NCBI GenBank assembly: GCA_963739885.1
Contig: CAVUCC010000011.1
Span: forward strand, 1,153,760 to 1,217,759
Reading direction: 5' to 3'
DNA length: 64,000 nucleotides
Origin: an uncultured Chloroflexia bacterium
GTDB taxonomy: Bacteria > Chloroflexota > Limnocylindria > Limnocylindrales > CSP1-4
Made by a program: the position numbers and the translations under genes. The notes below the pieces were generated by a model. The model had not been told where the DNA came from and ran no database searches. It saw only the letters and a program-made list of their open reading frames with translations. Positions 38,957 to 48,513 of the stretch are shown one piece after another (position 1 is the stretch's first letter; the number at the start of each line of letters is the position of its first letter).

Positions 38957-41227
38957 TCATCTCGCCGCCTCCCGGCCATCGTTCGTGGCCCGTTCCTGGA
39001 TCGCCCGCCACACCCGCTCCGGGGCTCAGCGGGAGGTCGCGGATGACCGCGCCGCAGGCATCGCGGACTGCGGCGGCGACGGCCGGCGCGGTGCACAGCA
39101 ATGCGCCCTCGCTCATCCCCTTGGCCCCGTACGGGCCGGGGCCGTCCGCATTCTCGATCGTCTCGCTGACGATCTCGAGCGGCAGGTCCATCGAGGTCGG
39201 GATCCGGTAGTCGATGGCGCCCAGGTTCCGGATCCGGCCGGCGTCATCGTAGATGTAGTGCTCCATCAGCGTGTGGCCGAGGCCCATGATCGCCGCGCCC
39301 TCGTCCTGCATCCGGACCTGGAGCGGGTTGATCGACCTGCCCACGTCGGACACCGTCACGTGCCGCACGATGGTCACATCGCCGGTCTCCTCGTCCACCG
39401 CGGCCTCGATGGCCGTGCAGTTGAACTCGAAGAACGCGGGAGCGCCGCCCAGGGGATGGCCGGGCTCGGCCTCCTTGCGCGCCTCGCCGTTACCGATGAG
39501 CTCGCCGCCGAGCCGGCCCAGGCCGGGCTTGAGCACCTCGATCACCGAGAGCTCGCGATCCGGAATCCGGACCATACCCCGGTCAACCGTGACCTCCGAC
39601 TCGTCCAGCCCGTGGAGCCGCGCCGCCATCGCGCGCAGCTGGGCCTGGATCGACCGGCAGGCGAACAGCACGGAGTTGCCCATCAGCACCGTCGAGCGGC
39701 TGGCGGACGTCTGCTGGTCGTAGGGCACGACGGCCGTGTCGCCCATCACGACGGTCACCCAGTCGAGCGGGGCGCCGAGCTCCTGCGCGGCGATCTGTGC
39801 GAACACGGTCCGCGCGCCCTGGCCCATGTCGGACGTCCCGGCGAACACGACCACGCTGCCGTCGGCCAGCAGCCTGACGGTCGAGTGCGACAGGCCGGTT
39901 GTGGGACCGGACTTGATGCCCACGGCGATGCCTCGGCCGTGGCCGGCCGGAGTCGGCGTGTCCCAGCCGATCAGCTCGGCGGCCTTGCGGACGCTCTGGT
40001 CCCATTCGCCGTCGGCGGGCGTGTCGAACGGGATGAACGCATCGCCCTTGTGAGCGAGGTTGCGCAGCCGGATCTCGAGCCGGTCGATCCCGAGCGCGCG
40101 GGCGCCCTCGTCGAGGTTGGACTCGACCGCCCAGTTCACCTGCGGGTAGCCGAACCCTCTGAATGCCGTCGACGGGGTGGTGTGCGACAGGATGCTGCGG
40201 GCGACGATGCGCGCCGCAGGCACGTTGTACGGCCCGCAGGCCGGGTAGCTGCCCTTGCCCACGACACGATCCGCGATGTCCGCGTAGGCGCCGATGATGA
40301 TAGTCCGCTGCGACATCCTGGAAGCCGAGCGTGCCGTCGCGGCGTGAAGCCGGTCCGGACGCGGACCTCGGCGCCGCCCGGCGGACGGCCTGGAACGACT
40401 GCTCGAGGCTGAGGACCAGGCGCACGGGCGGCCCGAGCCGCAGCGCCGCGAACGCGACCAGCGGCTCGAGCTTCGGCGTGCTGCTTGCCGCCGAACCCGC
40501 CGCCCGGGTCGGGCGCGATCACGCGGACCTTGGACAGCGGCAGGCGCAGCACCTCGGCCAGGATCCGCTGCAGCCAGTTGGGATGCTGGATCGAGCTCCA
40601 GACGCGGATCCCGTCGCCATCGGGCGCCGCCATGAACGCATGCGGCTCGATCGCGAACTGGGTCACCATCGGGAAGGTGTAGCTGTGCTCGACCACCAGG
40701 TCGGCGGCCGCGGCATCGACGTCGCCCCAGCCCACGCTGATGCTCGCGCAGGACGTTGCTCGACGAACGCGGGTCGTCGGGCCGGAGGGCCGGGATCCTG
40801 GACGAGCGGCGCCTCCGCGTCGAGCGCGGCGGCAACGGTCACGACCGCCGGCAGGACCTCGTGCTCGACGCGGACGAGCGCCGCCGCCTGCTCGGCCGCA
40901 TCGTTCGCTGTCGGCAACCACGATCGCCACGGGCTCGCCGTGGTACTTGACCTCGTCGACGGCGATCACGGGGCGGTCGCGGAACTGGGGGCCGAAGCGC
41001 GGCACCGGCTGGGGCAGGTCGGCAGCCGTCATGACCAGCCGGCAGCCGGGCACCCGGCGGGCCGCGTCTGCGTCGATCGAGATGATGCGGGCGTGGGCGC
41101 AGTCGAGGGTGACGAGCTTTGCCTCGAGCACGTCCGCCACGCGGATGTCCGCCACGTAGGCCTGGCTGCCCGTCACCCGGCCGATGCCGCCGACGCGGTT
41201 GGGCGAGCTGCCGACGAGCGCGCTCAT
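38957..41227 (-). pseudogene. Molybdopterin-binding large subunit of a xanthine dehydrogenase/CO dehydrogenase-family enzyme (CoxL-like), at least 6 frameshifts
   Basis: N-terminus MSALVGSSPNRVGGIGRVTGSQAYVADI. The central part is scattered over three frames (VGWGDVDAAAADLVVEHSYTFPMVTQFAIEPH..., GGFGGKQHA, RLVLSLEQSF...). The C-terminal 1.3 kb is in one frame. The last 20 codons are restored by removing one base (PLSPERVWRAIQE). Confidence 0.75.
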
Positions 41228-41704
41228 CGGTCCCGCCCCCCGGCGACGGCCTGGACCGCCTCGGTGATCTGCTCGTACCCGGCGCACCGGCACAGGTTTC
41301 CGGCGAGGCCCTCCTGGATCTCGGCGACGGTGGGGTTCGGTGTACGCCGCAGGAGGTCGTCGGCGGCCATCAGCTGGCCGGGGATGCAGAAGCCGCACTG
41401 CGCGGCCCCGTAGTCGAGGAACGCCTGCTGGAGCGGGTTCGAGCGCGCCGCTCGCGTCGGCCAGCCCCTCGACCGTCGTCACCTCACCGCCGTCGGCTTC
41501 GACCGCGAGGACCAGGCACGAATCCACGATCTGTCCGTCGAGGCGTACGGTGCACGCGCCGCACTCACCGACCAGGCAGCACTCCTTGGTGCCGGTGAGC
41601 TCGAGGTCGTCGCGCAGGACGTCGAGCAGCGTGTGGTGCGCCGCGACCTCGATCGTCCGCGCTCGCCCGTTCACGGTCACCTCGATGGGGACCAGCTGGA
41701 TCAT
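41224..41704 (-). pseudogene. [2Fe-2S] small subunit (CoxS-like), frameshifted
   Basis: MIQLVPIEVTVNGRARTIEV...GTKECCLVGECGACTVRLDG is intact. The second cluster region (CGFCIPG...CRCAGY) is readable only in another frame. ATGA overlap with coxL-like. Confidence 0.75.
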
Positions 41705-41709
41705 CGAAC

Positions 41710-42592
41710 TCACTCCCCGGCCGCCAGTCGGCCGTCCCGTAGACGCGCGATCGCGGTTGCCAGCGCCCGCCAGCCGAGCACCCGCAGCATCGCGAGCCGG
41801 TAGTCGGGGCCGGCGCGCATCGAGCGCGGCGACGGGCTGGCCTCGGCGAACATGTGCTCCAGGATGGCAGCCCGCTCCGCATTCGGCTGCCGCCGGGTTG
41901 GCGAGCACCCCCGTGTCGTCGACCACGAGCAGCGGCCGCGGGCCGACGCTGCCGTACGCCAGGCGTGTCACGCCCGACGCGTCGACGGCGCAGGCGAGCG
42001 TCACCGACGCCAGGTCATGGCCGCGGCGGCGGGTGCGCCGAACATGAGCCGAGCCCACCGGCGGCGACGCCAGCGGCAGCTCGATCGAGGTCACGAGCTC
42101 GCCCCGGCGGAGCGTCGTCACGCCCGACCGGACGAACAGCTCGTCGATCGGGATGCCGGCGGCCACCATCAGGGCCGGCTGCCACGACCTGCGCGGCGTA
42201 CGTCAGCAGCGACGGGCGCCGTGTCGGCCGCGGGCGACGCATTGCACAGGTTGCCCGCGAGCGTCGCACGGTTGCGGATCTGGACGGAGCCGACCACGGC
42301 CGCCGCCTCCGCCAGGGCGGTGAACCGGCCGTCGGATCCGCACGTCGGCAGCGATCTCGGTCATCACGGTGGTCGCGCCGATCACGAGCCACCCGTCGAC
42401 CTCGCGGATCGCCGGATCGAGCTCGGGGATCCGCTTGACGTCCACGACCACGGTCGGGCTCGCGGACCCGTCGCGCAACCGGATCACGAGGTCCGTGCCG
42501 CCGGCCAGCACCCTCGCATCGGGTCCGTGCTCCGCGAGCAGGGCGACGGCGTCGGCGACCGACGTGGGCCGTTCGTAGCTGAATGCACGCAT
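41710..42592 (-). pseudogene. FAD-binding medium subunit (CoxM-like), at least 3 frameshifts
   Basis: MRAFSYERPTSVADAVALLAEHGPDARVLAGGTDLV, then PSLLTYAAQVVAAGPDGGRR and IPIDELFVRSGVTTLRRGELVTSIELPL in other frames. The C-terminus ATAIARLRDGRLAAGE-stop is in yet another frame. Confidence 0.7.
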
Positions 42593-42602
42593 CGTCCGAT
42601 TC

Positions 42603-43490
42603 CTACAGGACCCGGTCGACCTCGTCCATCAGCACCTGGGGGGTGGCTGCGCGGACGAAGTAGAAGGGCCGCTCGCAGAAGCTGGCCACGAAGCCGGCTC
42701 GCCTCCCGCGCAATGCGTCGTTGTCGAGCATCGGCATGACGTGGCCGGGCGCGAGCAGCTCGTTGGTCAGGAAGTAGTTCTGGAGCGAGTGCAGGAACTG
42801 GAACTGGCGCTCGAACGGGATGAGCTCGTTGGTCGCAGGGTCGAAGTTGCCGTCGATCGCGGGCACGATGACGAGGTCGATGTTGGGCGTGCCCTCGTAC
42901 ATGCCCCAGGACGGCATCTCACCCCAGAACTTCTCCACGCCCTTGTTGGGCGCCGCCTTGTCCGACCGCTCGGTGCCCTCCGTCCGCTTGCGGAGGAACG
43001 TGTCGACGGATCCCATGACGGCCCGCCCGGCCTCATCGATGACGGTCGTCTCGGACGCCACCTGGAGGGCACCGCGGACGCCGGCCTCGATCAGGCCCAT
43101 GCTCTTGCCGTGGTTCGACTCGCCACCCAGGAACATCAGGGTGCGACCCCGGTAGTTGACAGCTGCGCTGTGCGACGGGTGGAGCCCGACCGCCTCCATC
43201 CTCAGGGCGAGGACCGCCACGATCACCTTCTGGATCGGCCCGGCGGGCCAGTCCCCGGTGAACGTCACCACCCGCTCATCGTAGCTGACCTCCTTGTCGC
43301 CCTCCTGGTTCCAGACGATGTCGGGCTCGGCCAGCGTGATCTCGGGGGAGATGCTCACCTCGGCGAGGCGGTAGTTGAGGAACGTGAGGTCGTCGAGCAC
43401 ATGCGCTCGGGGAGTGCCCCCGTGGACGTCCACGCGCAGGCGGGCGGCGCCCGCCGAGAACTCCTCCGTGAGTTGAAGCTGGTCGGTCAT
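42603..43490 (-). CDS. HprK-like P-loop protein (HPr kinase/phosphorylase C-terminal-domain-like) of unknown function
   Basis: Start at MTDQLQL (43490). LHPSHSAAVNYRGRTLMFLGGESNHGKSMGLIEAGVRGALQVASETTVID parallels the HprK pattern LH.S.V...G...L..G.SG.GKS...L.L...G..L.ADD...ID. Confidence 0.5.
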   Translation of the reverse strand: MTDQLQLTEEFSAGAARLRVDVHGGTPRAHVLDDLTFLNYRLAEVSISPEITLAEPDIVWNQEGDKEVSYDERVVTFTGDWPAGPIQKVIVAVLALRMEAVGLHPSHSAAVNYRGRTLMFLGGESNHGKSMGLIEAGVRGALQVASETTVIDEAGRAVMGSVDTFLRKRTEGTERSDKAAPNKGVEKFWGEMPSWGMYEGTPNIDLVIVPAIDGNFDPATNELIPFERQFQFLHSLQNYFLTNELLAPGHVMPMLDNDALRGRRAGFVASFCERPFYFVRAATPQVLMDEVDRVL

Positions 43491-43533
43491 GAGGTCCTTT
43501 CGCGAGGTCGGGATCGGTGTCGGGGCCGGCGGC

Positions 43534-44298
43534 TCAGCGGGGACTCTCGACGAGCGCTTTCGCGGGCCGGGATTCGCGGACAGGGCGGACGGTCCGGACG
43601 TCCCCGGGCCGGACCGCCTCGTCCGGATCGACCGGCGGAGGGGCCGCGTCCCAGGCTGAGCCCAGCCAGGCCGCGGTGGTGCTGAAGTGCTGGCGATAGG
43701 TGAGGGCGGCCTGGATCGGGTCGCGGCGCCGCAGCGCGTCGAGGATCGGCTGATGCTCCTCGGCCACCATCTGCGGGTCGACACCGGGGGCGGCGAGCGT
43801 GATGAATGTACGCGAGTACGGCTCGAGGGTCCGCCACACGCGCTGGAGCGTCTGGTTTCCGGACAGGTCGACGACCCGCCCGTGGAAGGCAGCGTCAGCA
43901 GCGGCTTCGGCATGCGAGTCTCCGGCGTCGGCGGCGGTCCGCATCGCGACAAGGAAAGCTTCGAGCTCGTCGAGATCACGGTCGGTCAGACGCGGGATCG
44001 CGAGACGGGCACCGAGCGACTCGAGCTCCGCGCGGATGGCGAACGCCTCGAGGAGCTCGCCCGCCGACGGGCGGCGGACGCGAGCTCCCCGGAATGCGGC
44101 GGTCTCCACGACCCCCAGCGCCTCGAGATCGCGCAATGCCTCGCGGACGGGGGCCTGGCTGGTGCCGAGCTCCCGGGCGACGCGCGTCTCGACGATCCGC
44201 GAACCCGGTGGGTAGCGGCCGTCGACGATCGCCTGCAGCAGGTGATCCTTCACCTGGTCACTGAGGACGCTGCGCGAGATCGAGGTCTTCGGGGTCAT
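43534..44298 (-). CDS. GntR-family (FadR/FCD-type) transcriptional regulator, paralog 1
   Basis: Winged-helix region VARELGTSQAPVREALRDLEALGVVE plus an FCD-like helical C-terminal domain. About 60% identical by eye to the regulator at 51894..52595. Confidence 0.85.
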   Translation of the reverse strand: MTPKTSISRSVLSDQVKDHLLQAIVDGRYPPGSRIVETRVARELGTSQAPVREALRDLEALGVVETAAFRGARVRRPSAGELLEAFAIRAELESLGARLAIPRLTDRDLDELEAFLVAMRTAADAGDSHAEAAADAAFHGRVVDLSGNQTLQRVWRTLEPYSRTFITLAAPGVDPQMVAEEHQPILDALRRRDPIQAALTYRQHFSTTAAWLGSAWDAAPPPVDPDEAVRPGDVRTVRPVRESRPAKALVESPR

Positions 44299-44307
44299 GG
44301 CAGGTCC

Positions 44308-46137
44308 CTAGGAGCCGATGCCCACCAGCGGGCGCTTCGGCTCGGTGCTCAGGATCTCGACGACACCGCTGGTGCCGTCGATGCGGATGCGATCACCGTT
44401 CTTGATCTGCTCGGTGCCGACCGAGGTCCCGACGACCGCCGGGATGCCGAACTCGCGCGACAGCACGGCCGGGTGGGATACGGTCCCGCCGGCGTCGGTC
44501 ACCAGGCCGACGATCTTGGTGAACAGGACGACCCAGGCCGGGTTGGTCATCTGGCACACGAGAATGTCGCCGGCCCTGACGTCGTCGAACTGCTCCTCGC
44601 GCAGGACGACGCGGGCGATGCCCTCGACCACACCCGGCGAGCCACCGATGCCCGTGATCTGGCCGGCCACCGTGGCGGCCTTGCGGTAGAACTTGTCGGG
44701 GAACCCCCACAGGTTCAGGTACGGGAAGTCGAGCTGGGTCTTGGTGACGGTGCCGACCCACTCCTTGGGCCTGAACGTGTAGGCCTTCTCTCGGGCGGCC
44801 TTGGCCTTGGCCACGATCGCGCGGCCGTCCATCGCGGACGGGTCGCCCATGAACACACGCAACTCGTTGTAGCGGAACAACACCACGTCGTCGGGGGCGT
44901 CGAGGACACCCTGGTCGACGAGCTTGCGCCCAATCGCCACCAGGACCTGGCGCACGTGCGCGTTGGCACCCTGGTCGATGTAGAAGTGGTGGTCGGGCGT
45001 GAGCGGGGCCATCCGGAGGTTGATCTCGTTCGCTGCCCGCATCTCCTCGAGCGCCTCGCCCTCGAGGCCCGCGAGAATCTCCTTGGCCGCCGCATCGATG
45101 TCGGCGGCAAGCGCCGCGATGGTCTTGGGGTAGTCGTAGTTGGTCTCGATGTAGCCGCGGATCAGCTCGATCACGGGCTCCATCTGCTCGACGACGTTGG
45201 GGAAGATGAACTCGTGGCTCCAGACCGCGTGCCAGCCGTACTCCTTCTGGTACGGTGTCACCCGCTCGTCGATGAAGCGCTTGCCGCGCCCGCTGGCCTT
45301 GAGTCCGACGATGATCTCGCCTGCCGTCTCGGCCTTGAAGATGGCGGCCAGCTCGGCGTCGGCCTTGGCCTCCTCCTTCATCTCCCACAGGGCGTGGATC
45401 GAATCCCAGTTACGGTCCTTGGCTGAGTTCTGGAGCCGGCCGAGGAGGACCTCGTCGATCTTGCCGTGGGTCTTCTCCATGACCGCCCGCAGGTTGAGGG
45501 TCGCGGACAGCTGGGCGAAGTTGAGCATCCAGTGGATCTTCCAGTGGCGATCGTGGATGTCGATCGCGTCCTCGAGCAGACAGGCGAGCTCCATGAGGTT
45601 GAGCTCATCCTGCTTGTCGAGCATCCCCTCCAGGTACTTGAAGTTGCGGTCCATCTCGGGGACCAGCCGGTCGCGCCACCAGTTGACGAACTGGAGGCCG
45701 TACGTCGGCAACACGGCGCCGAGGTAGGTGCCGATCTTGCCGGCGTAGTCGGGATCCTCGGGCACCACCGGGTTGATCCGGTAGTTGTATTCCTGCGTCG
45801 CGACCTTGAGGCCAGCCTCGGCCGGGATCGCCGCCGTGTACAGGTAGCCGTTGACGTTCTTGTAGATCCAGTCCGTCGCGAACGGCGTGCCAAAGCGGCG
45901 GAACATGTGGTCGCAGCTCAGCCACCAGCCGCCGATGTCCTCGTACATCGGGCTCAGCGGGTGCGGACAATGCAGATCGTCGTAGACCCAGAACAGCAGC
46001 TTCTCGGTCTCCGACGTCCACTCGACGGGGAACTTCTCGTCCCCCAGGAACTGGCCGAGGACTTCTTCCTTCAAGGGCACCGGTGCTTCCTCCTGTGCGT
46101 GGCTCGTGTCGCTCCGCGGCGACGTGATCCCAGCCAT
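44308..46137 (-). CDS. PEP-utilizer mobile (phosphohistidine swivel) domain protein with a roughly 470-aa N-terminal domain of unknown function
   Basis: C-terminus GIGGSPGVVEGIARVV...ILVCQMTNPAWVVLFTKIVGLVTDAGGTVSHPAVLSREFGIPAVVG is the PEP-utilizer swivel signature with the conserved His. No ATP-grasp domain is recognisable in the N-terminal part. Confidence 0.8.
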   Translation of the reverse strand: MAGITSPRSDTSHAQEEAPVPLKEEVLGQFLGDEKFPVEWTSETEKLLFWVYDDLHCPHPLSPMYEDIGGWWLSCDHMFRRFGTPFATDWIYKNVNGYLYTAAIPAEAGLKVATQEYNYRINPVVPEDPDYAGKIGTYLGAVLPTYGLQFVNWWRDRLVPEMDRNFKYLEGMLDKQDELNLMELACLLEDAIDIHDRHWKIHWMLNFAQLSATLNLRAVMEKTHGKIDEVLLGRLQNSAKDRNWDSIHALWEMKEEAKADAELAAIFKAETAGEIIVGLKASGRGKRFIDERVTPYQKEYGWHAVWSHEFIFPNVVEQMEPVIELIRGYIETNYDYPKTIAALAADIDAAAKEILAGLEGEALEEMRAANEINLRMAPLTPDHHFYIDQGANAHVRQVLVAIGRKLVDQGVLDAPDDVVLFRYNELRVFMGDPSAMDGRAIVAKAKAAREKAYTFRPKEWVGTVTKTQLDFPYLNLWGFPDKFYRKAATVAGQITGIGGSPGVVEGIARVVLREEQFDDVRAGDILVCQMTNPAWVVLFTKIVGLVTDAGGTVSHPAVLSREFGIPAVVGTSVGTEQIKNGDRIRIDGTSGVVEILSTEPKRPLVGIGS

Positions 46138-46140
46138 TGC

Positions 46141-46980
46141 TCAGTGCGCGGGGGTCGCTGCGCGCGTGATCCGCTTGAAGCGCTGCATGTTCTCTGTGAT
46201 CGCCACCTCCGTTGGAAGCCGTTCCATGCTCGACGCTCCGAAGAAACCGGCCACACCGGTCGTGTGGTCGAGGATGTATCGCGCGTCGTCAGGTTCGGCG
46301 ATCGGGCCGCCGTGGCACAGGGCAATGATCTCGGGCTTGACCGAGGCCGCGGCATCGCGGATCGCCTGGACGCGCTCCGCCGACGCCTCGAGCGTCAGGG
46401 CCGTCGTAGCGCCGATGGCGCCCTTGGTGGTGAGGCCCATGTGAGCCACGACGACGTCCGCGCCGGCTTCGGCCATCGCCCGGGCCTGCTCCTCGTCGAA
46501 CACGTACGGCGTCGTCAGCAGGCCCGCCTCGTGCGCCGCGCGGATCATGTCCACCTCGAGCCCGTAGCCCATGCCGGTCTCCTCGAGGTTCTGCCGGAAC
46601 CTTCCGTCGCACAGCCCAACGGTCGGGAAGTTCTGGACGCCGGAGAAGCCGACCCGCTTCACCTCGTCCAGGAACACCGGCATCAGCCGGAACGGATCGG
46701 TACCGCAGACGCCGGCGAGCACCGGGGTCTCGCGCACGACCGGCAGCACCTCGCCGGCCATCTCCATCACGATCGCGTTGGCGTCGCCATAGGGCATCAT
46801 CCCGGCCAGCGAGCCACGACCGGCCATGCGGTACCGGCCGGAGTTGTAGATGATGATCAGGTCGGCGCCACCGGCCTCAGCGCACTTGGCCGACAGGCCG
46901 GTCCCGGCGCCCGCCCCCATGATCACACCGCCGTCGGCGAGCGTCCTGCGCAGGCGCGCCAGCGCCTCCTGACCGGTCAT
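46141..46980 (-). CDS. PEP hydrolase-like TIM-barrel protein (homolog of the Tm-1 C-terminal domain)
   Basis: Starts [68 protein letters not shown]..., characteristic of this family. ATGA overlap with the upstream UPF0261 gene. Confidence 0.75.
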   Translation of the reverse strand: MTGQEALARLRRTLADGGVIMGAGAGTGLSAKCAEAGGADLIIIYNSGRYRMAGRGSLAGMMPYGDANAIVMEMAGEVLPVVRETPVLAGVCGTDPFRLMPVFLDEVKRVGFSGVQNFPTVGLCDGRFRQNLEETGMGYGLEVDMIRAAHEAGLLTTPYVFDEEQARAMAEAGADVVVAHMGLTTKGAIGATTALTLEASAERVQAIRDAAASVKPEIIALCHGGPIAEPDDARYILDHTTGVAGFFGASSMERLPTEVAITENMQRFKRITRAATPAH

Positions 46981-48230
46981 GCGGATCCTCCTGCGGCGAC
47001 CACCCCTCGGGACGTCGCCCACTCGCGGTACAGCTCGTCGAGACGGTCCGCCATCGCGCGCGCGAAGGCAGGATCGTTGATGTCGGTCGCCATCTCGACC
47101 ATGTCGACGTCGGGGCGCAGCCCCGCCTTCAGCTCTCTGATCAGGGCCGCATCGGCGGCCGGATCGTGGAACGGCGCGCCAGGCACGTCGATCATCGAGA
47201 CCCCGGCGGTCGGGACGAACACCGTCAACGGCCCGCTCGCCGCGTTGAGCTTGCGTGCGATGACCCGGCCCAGCTCGGCGCATTCGGCCTCGGTCGTCCG
47301 CATCAGGGTGACCGAGGCGTTGTGCTCGTAGAGGTTGCGGCCACGGAACCGGTCGGGCACGGTGTCGAGCGGCCCCCAGTTGACCATGTCGAGCGCGCCC
47401 AGGGAGACCACCTGGGGAAGACCCAGGCTCCCGGCCGCCTCCAGCCGCTCAGGTCCGGCCGAGAGGACGCCCCCCACCAGCTCGTCGGCCAGCTCGGTGG
47501 TCGTGATGTCAAGGGCGCCGGTGATGAAGCCCGCCCGCATCAGGGCCTCCATGGCCTGGCCGCCGGAACCCGTGGCGTGAAACACGAGGACCTCGTAGCC
47601 ACGAGCTTCGAGCACCTCGCGCGCCGTCGTCACGCACGGCGTGGTGACACCGAACATCGTGGCGCCGATCAGCGGCCTGCGCTCGATCCCGGACACGAAC
47701 GACGCGGACGCTCCGGCCATGCCCGCGATACCCGCCGCCGCATTGGCGAGGATCCGCTCCGAGATGCCGTTGATCCCGGCGATGTCCACGACCGAGTACA
47801 TCATCGCGATGTCGCTGGTGCCGACGTACGCGCGTGTGTCGCCCGAGGCCATCGTGGACACGAGCAGCTTGGGCACGCCGACCGGCAGCGCGCGCATGGC
47901 GGCCGAGATCAGGGACGAGCCGCCCGATCCGCCAAGGCCGACGATGCCGTCGAGGCGGCCCTCCTCACGGAGCCGGCGCACGACCGCGACGGCGCCGCGG
48001 GTCATGGCCGCGACGGCCGGCCCCCGATCGCCCGCGGCGACCAGGGCGGCGCGGTCCGCGCCGGCGGCCGCAGCCACCTCATCGGCGGAGATGTCGGCGG
48101 TCGACGGCGAGCCCATGACGCCCGCGTCGACCAGCACCACATCGCAGCCCAGGACCCGGATGCGGTCGCGGAGGAACTCATGCTCGGCACCCTTGGTGTC
48201 GAGCGTACCGAGGACCACGACGACCGCCAT
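46977..48230 (-). CDS. UPF0261 / Tm-1-like ATP-binding domain protein
   Basis: [24 protein letters not shown]..., 417 aa. Forms the typical paired arrangement with the PEP-hydrolase-like TIM barrel. Confidence 0.75.
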   Translation of the reverse strand: MAVVVVLGTLDTKGAEHEFLRDRIRVLGCDVVLVDAGVMGSPSTADISADEVAAAAGADRAALVAAGDRGPAVAAMTRGAVAVVRRLREEGRLDGIVGLGGSGGSSLISAAMRALPVGVPKLLVSTMASGDTRAYVGTSDIAMMYSVVDIAGINGISERILANAAAGIAGMAGASASFVSGIERRPLIGATMFGVTTPCVTTAREVLEARGYEVLVFHATGSGGQAMEALMRAGFITGALDITTTELADELVGGVLSAGPERLEAAGSLGLPQVVSLGALDMVNWGPLDTVPDRFRGRNLYEHNASVTLMRTTEAECAELGRVIARKLNAASGPLTVFVPTAGVSMIDVPGAPFHDPAADAALIRELKAGLRPDVDMVEMATDINDPAFARAMADRLDELYREWATSRGVVAAGGSA

Positions 48231-48377
48231 TCGTTACCTCTCCTGCACGTCCACCGATCGACCGGGAGGCGCTGGACGCGCGTTTCCGCGGTCCAGCCTC
48301 GCCGGGTTTCCGGGCCGCGTACGAGATCCCCGGACCGGTTGCCGCAAGGTCACGACGCGGTGGCGCATCGGTGGCAT

Positions 48378-48398
48378 CGATAATCGATTGTCGATAAC
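48378..48398. promoter_or_regulatory. Heptad operator motif CGATAAT-CGATTGT-CGATAAC, copy 2
   Basis: Lies in the 283-nt divergent intergenic region between the UPF0261 operon (start 48230, minus) and transaldolase (start 48514, plus). Confidence 0.6.
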
Positions 48399-48442
48399 AG
48401 TAGGCTCGCCCGACGGGGCAGTCAAGCCATCGACGGGCGTAC

Positions 48443-48460
48443 AATCGATGATCGATGATA
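48443..48460. promoter_or_regulatory. Heptad operator motif (AAT)CGATGAT-CGATGAT-A, copy 3
   Basis: Same intergenic region, 45 nt from copy 2. Confidence 0.6.
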
Positions 48461-48513
48461 CCGTAACTGCGCCATTCCGACGGCGGTGCGCATGCAGCAC
48501 TGAGGTGCCAACC

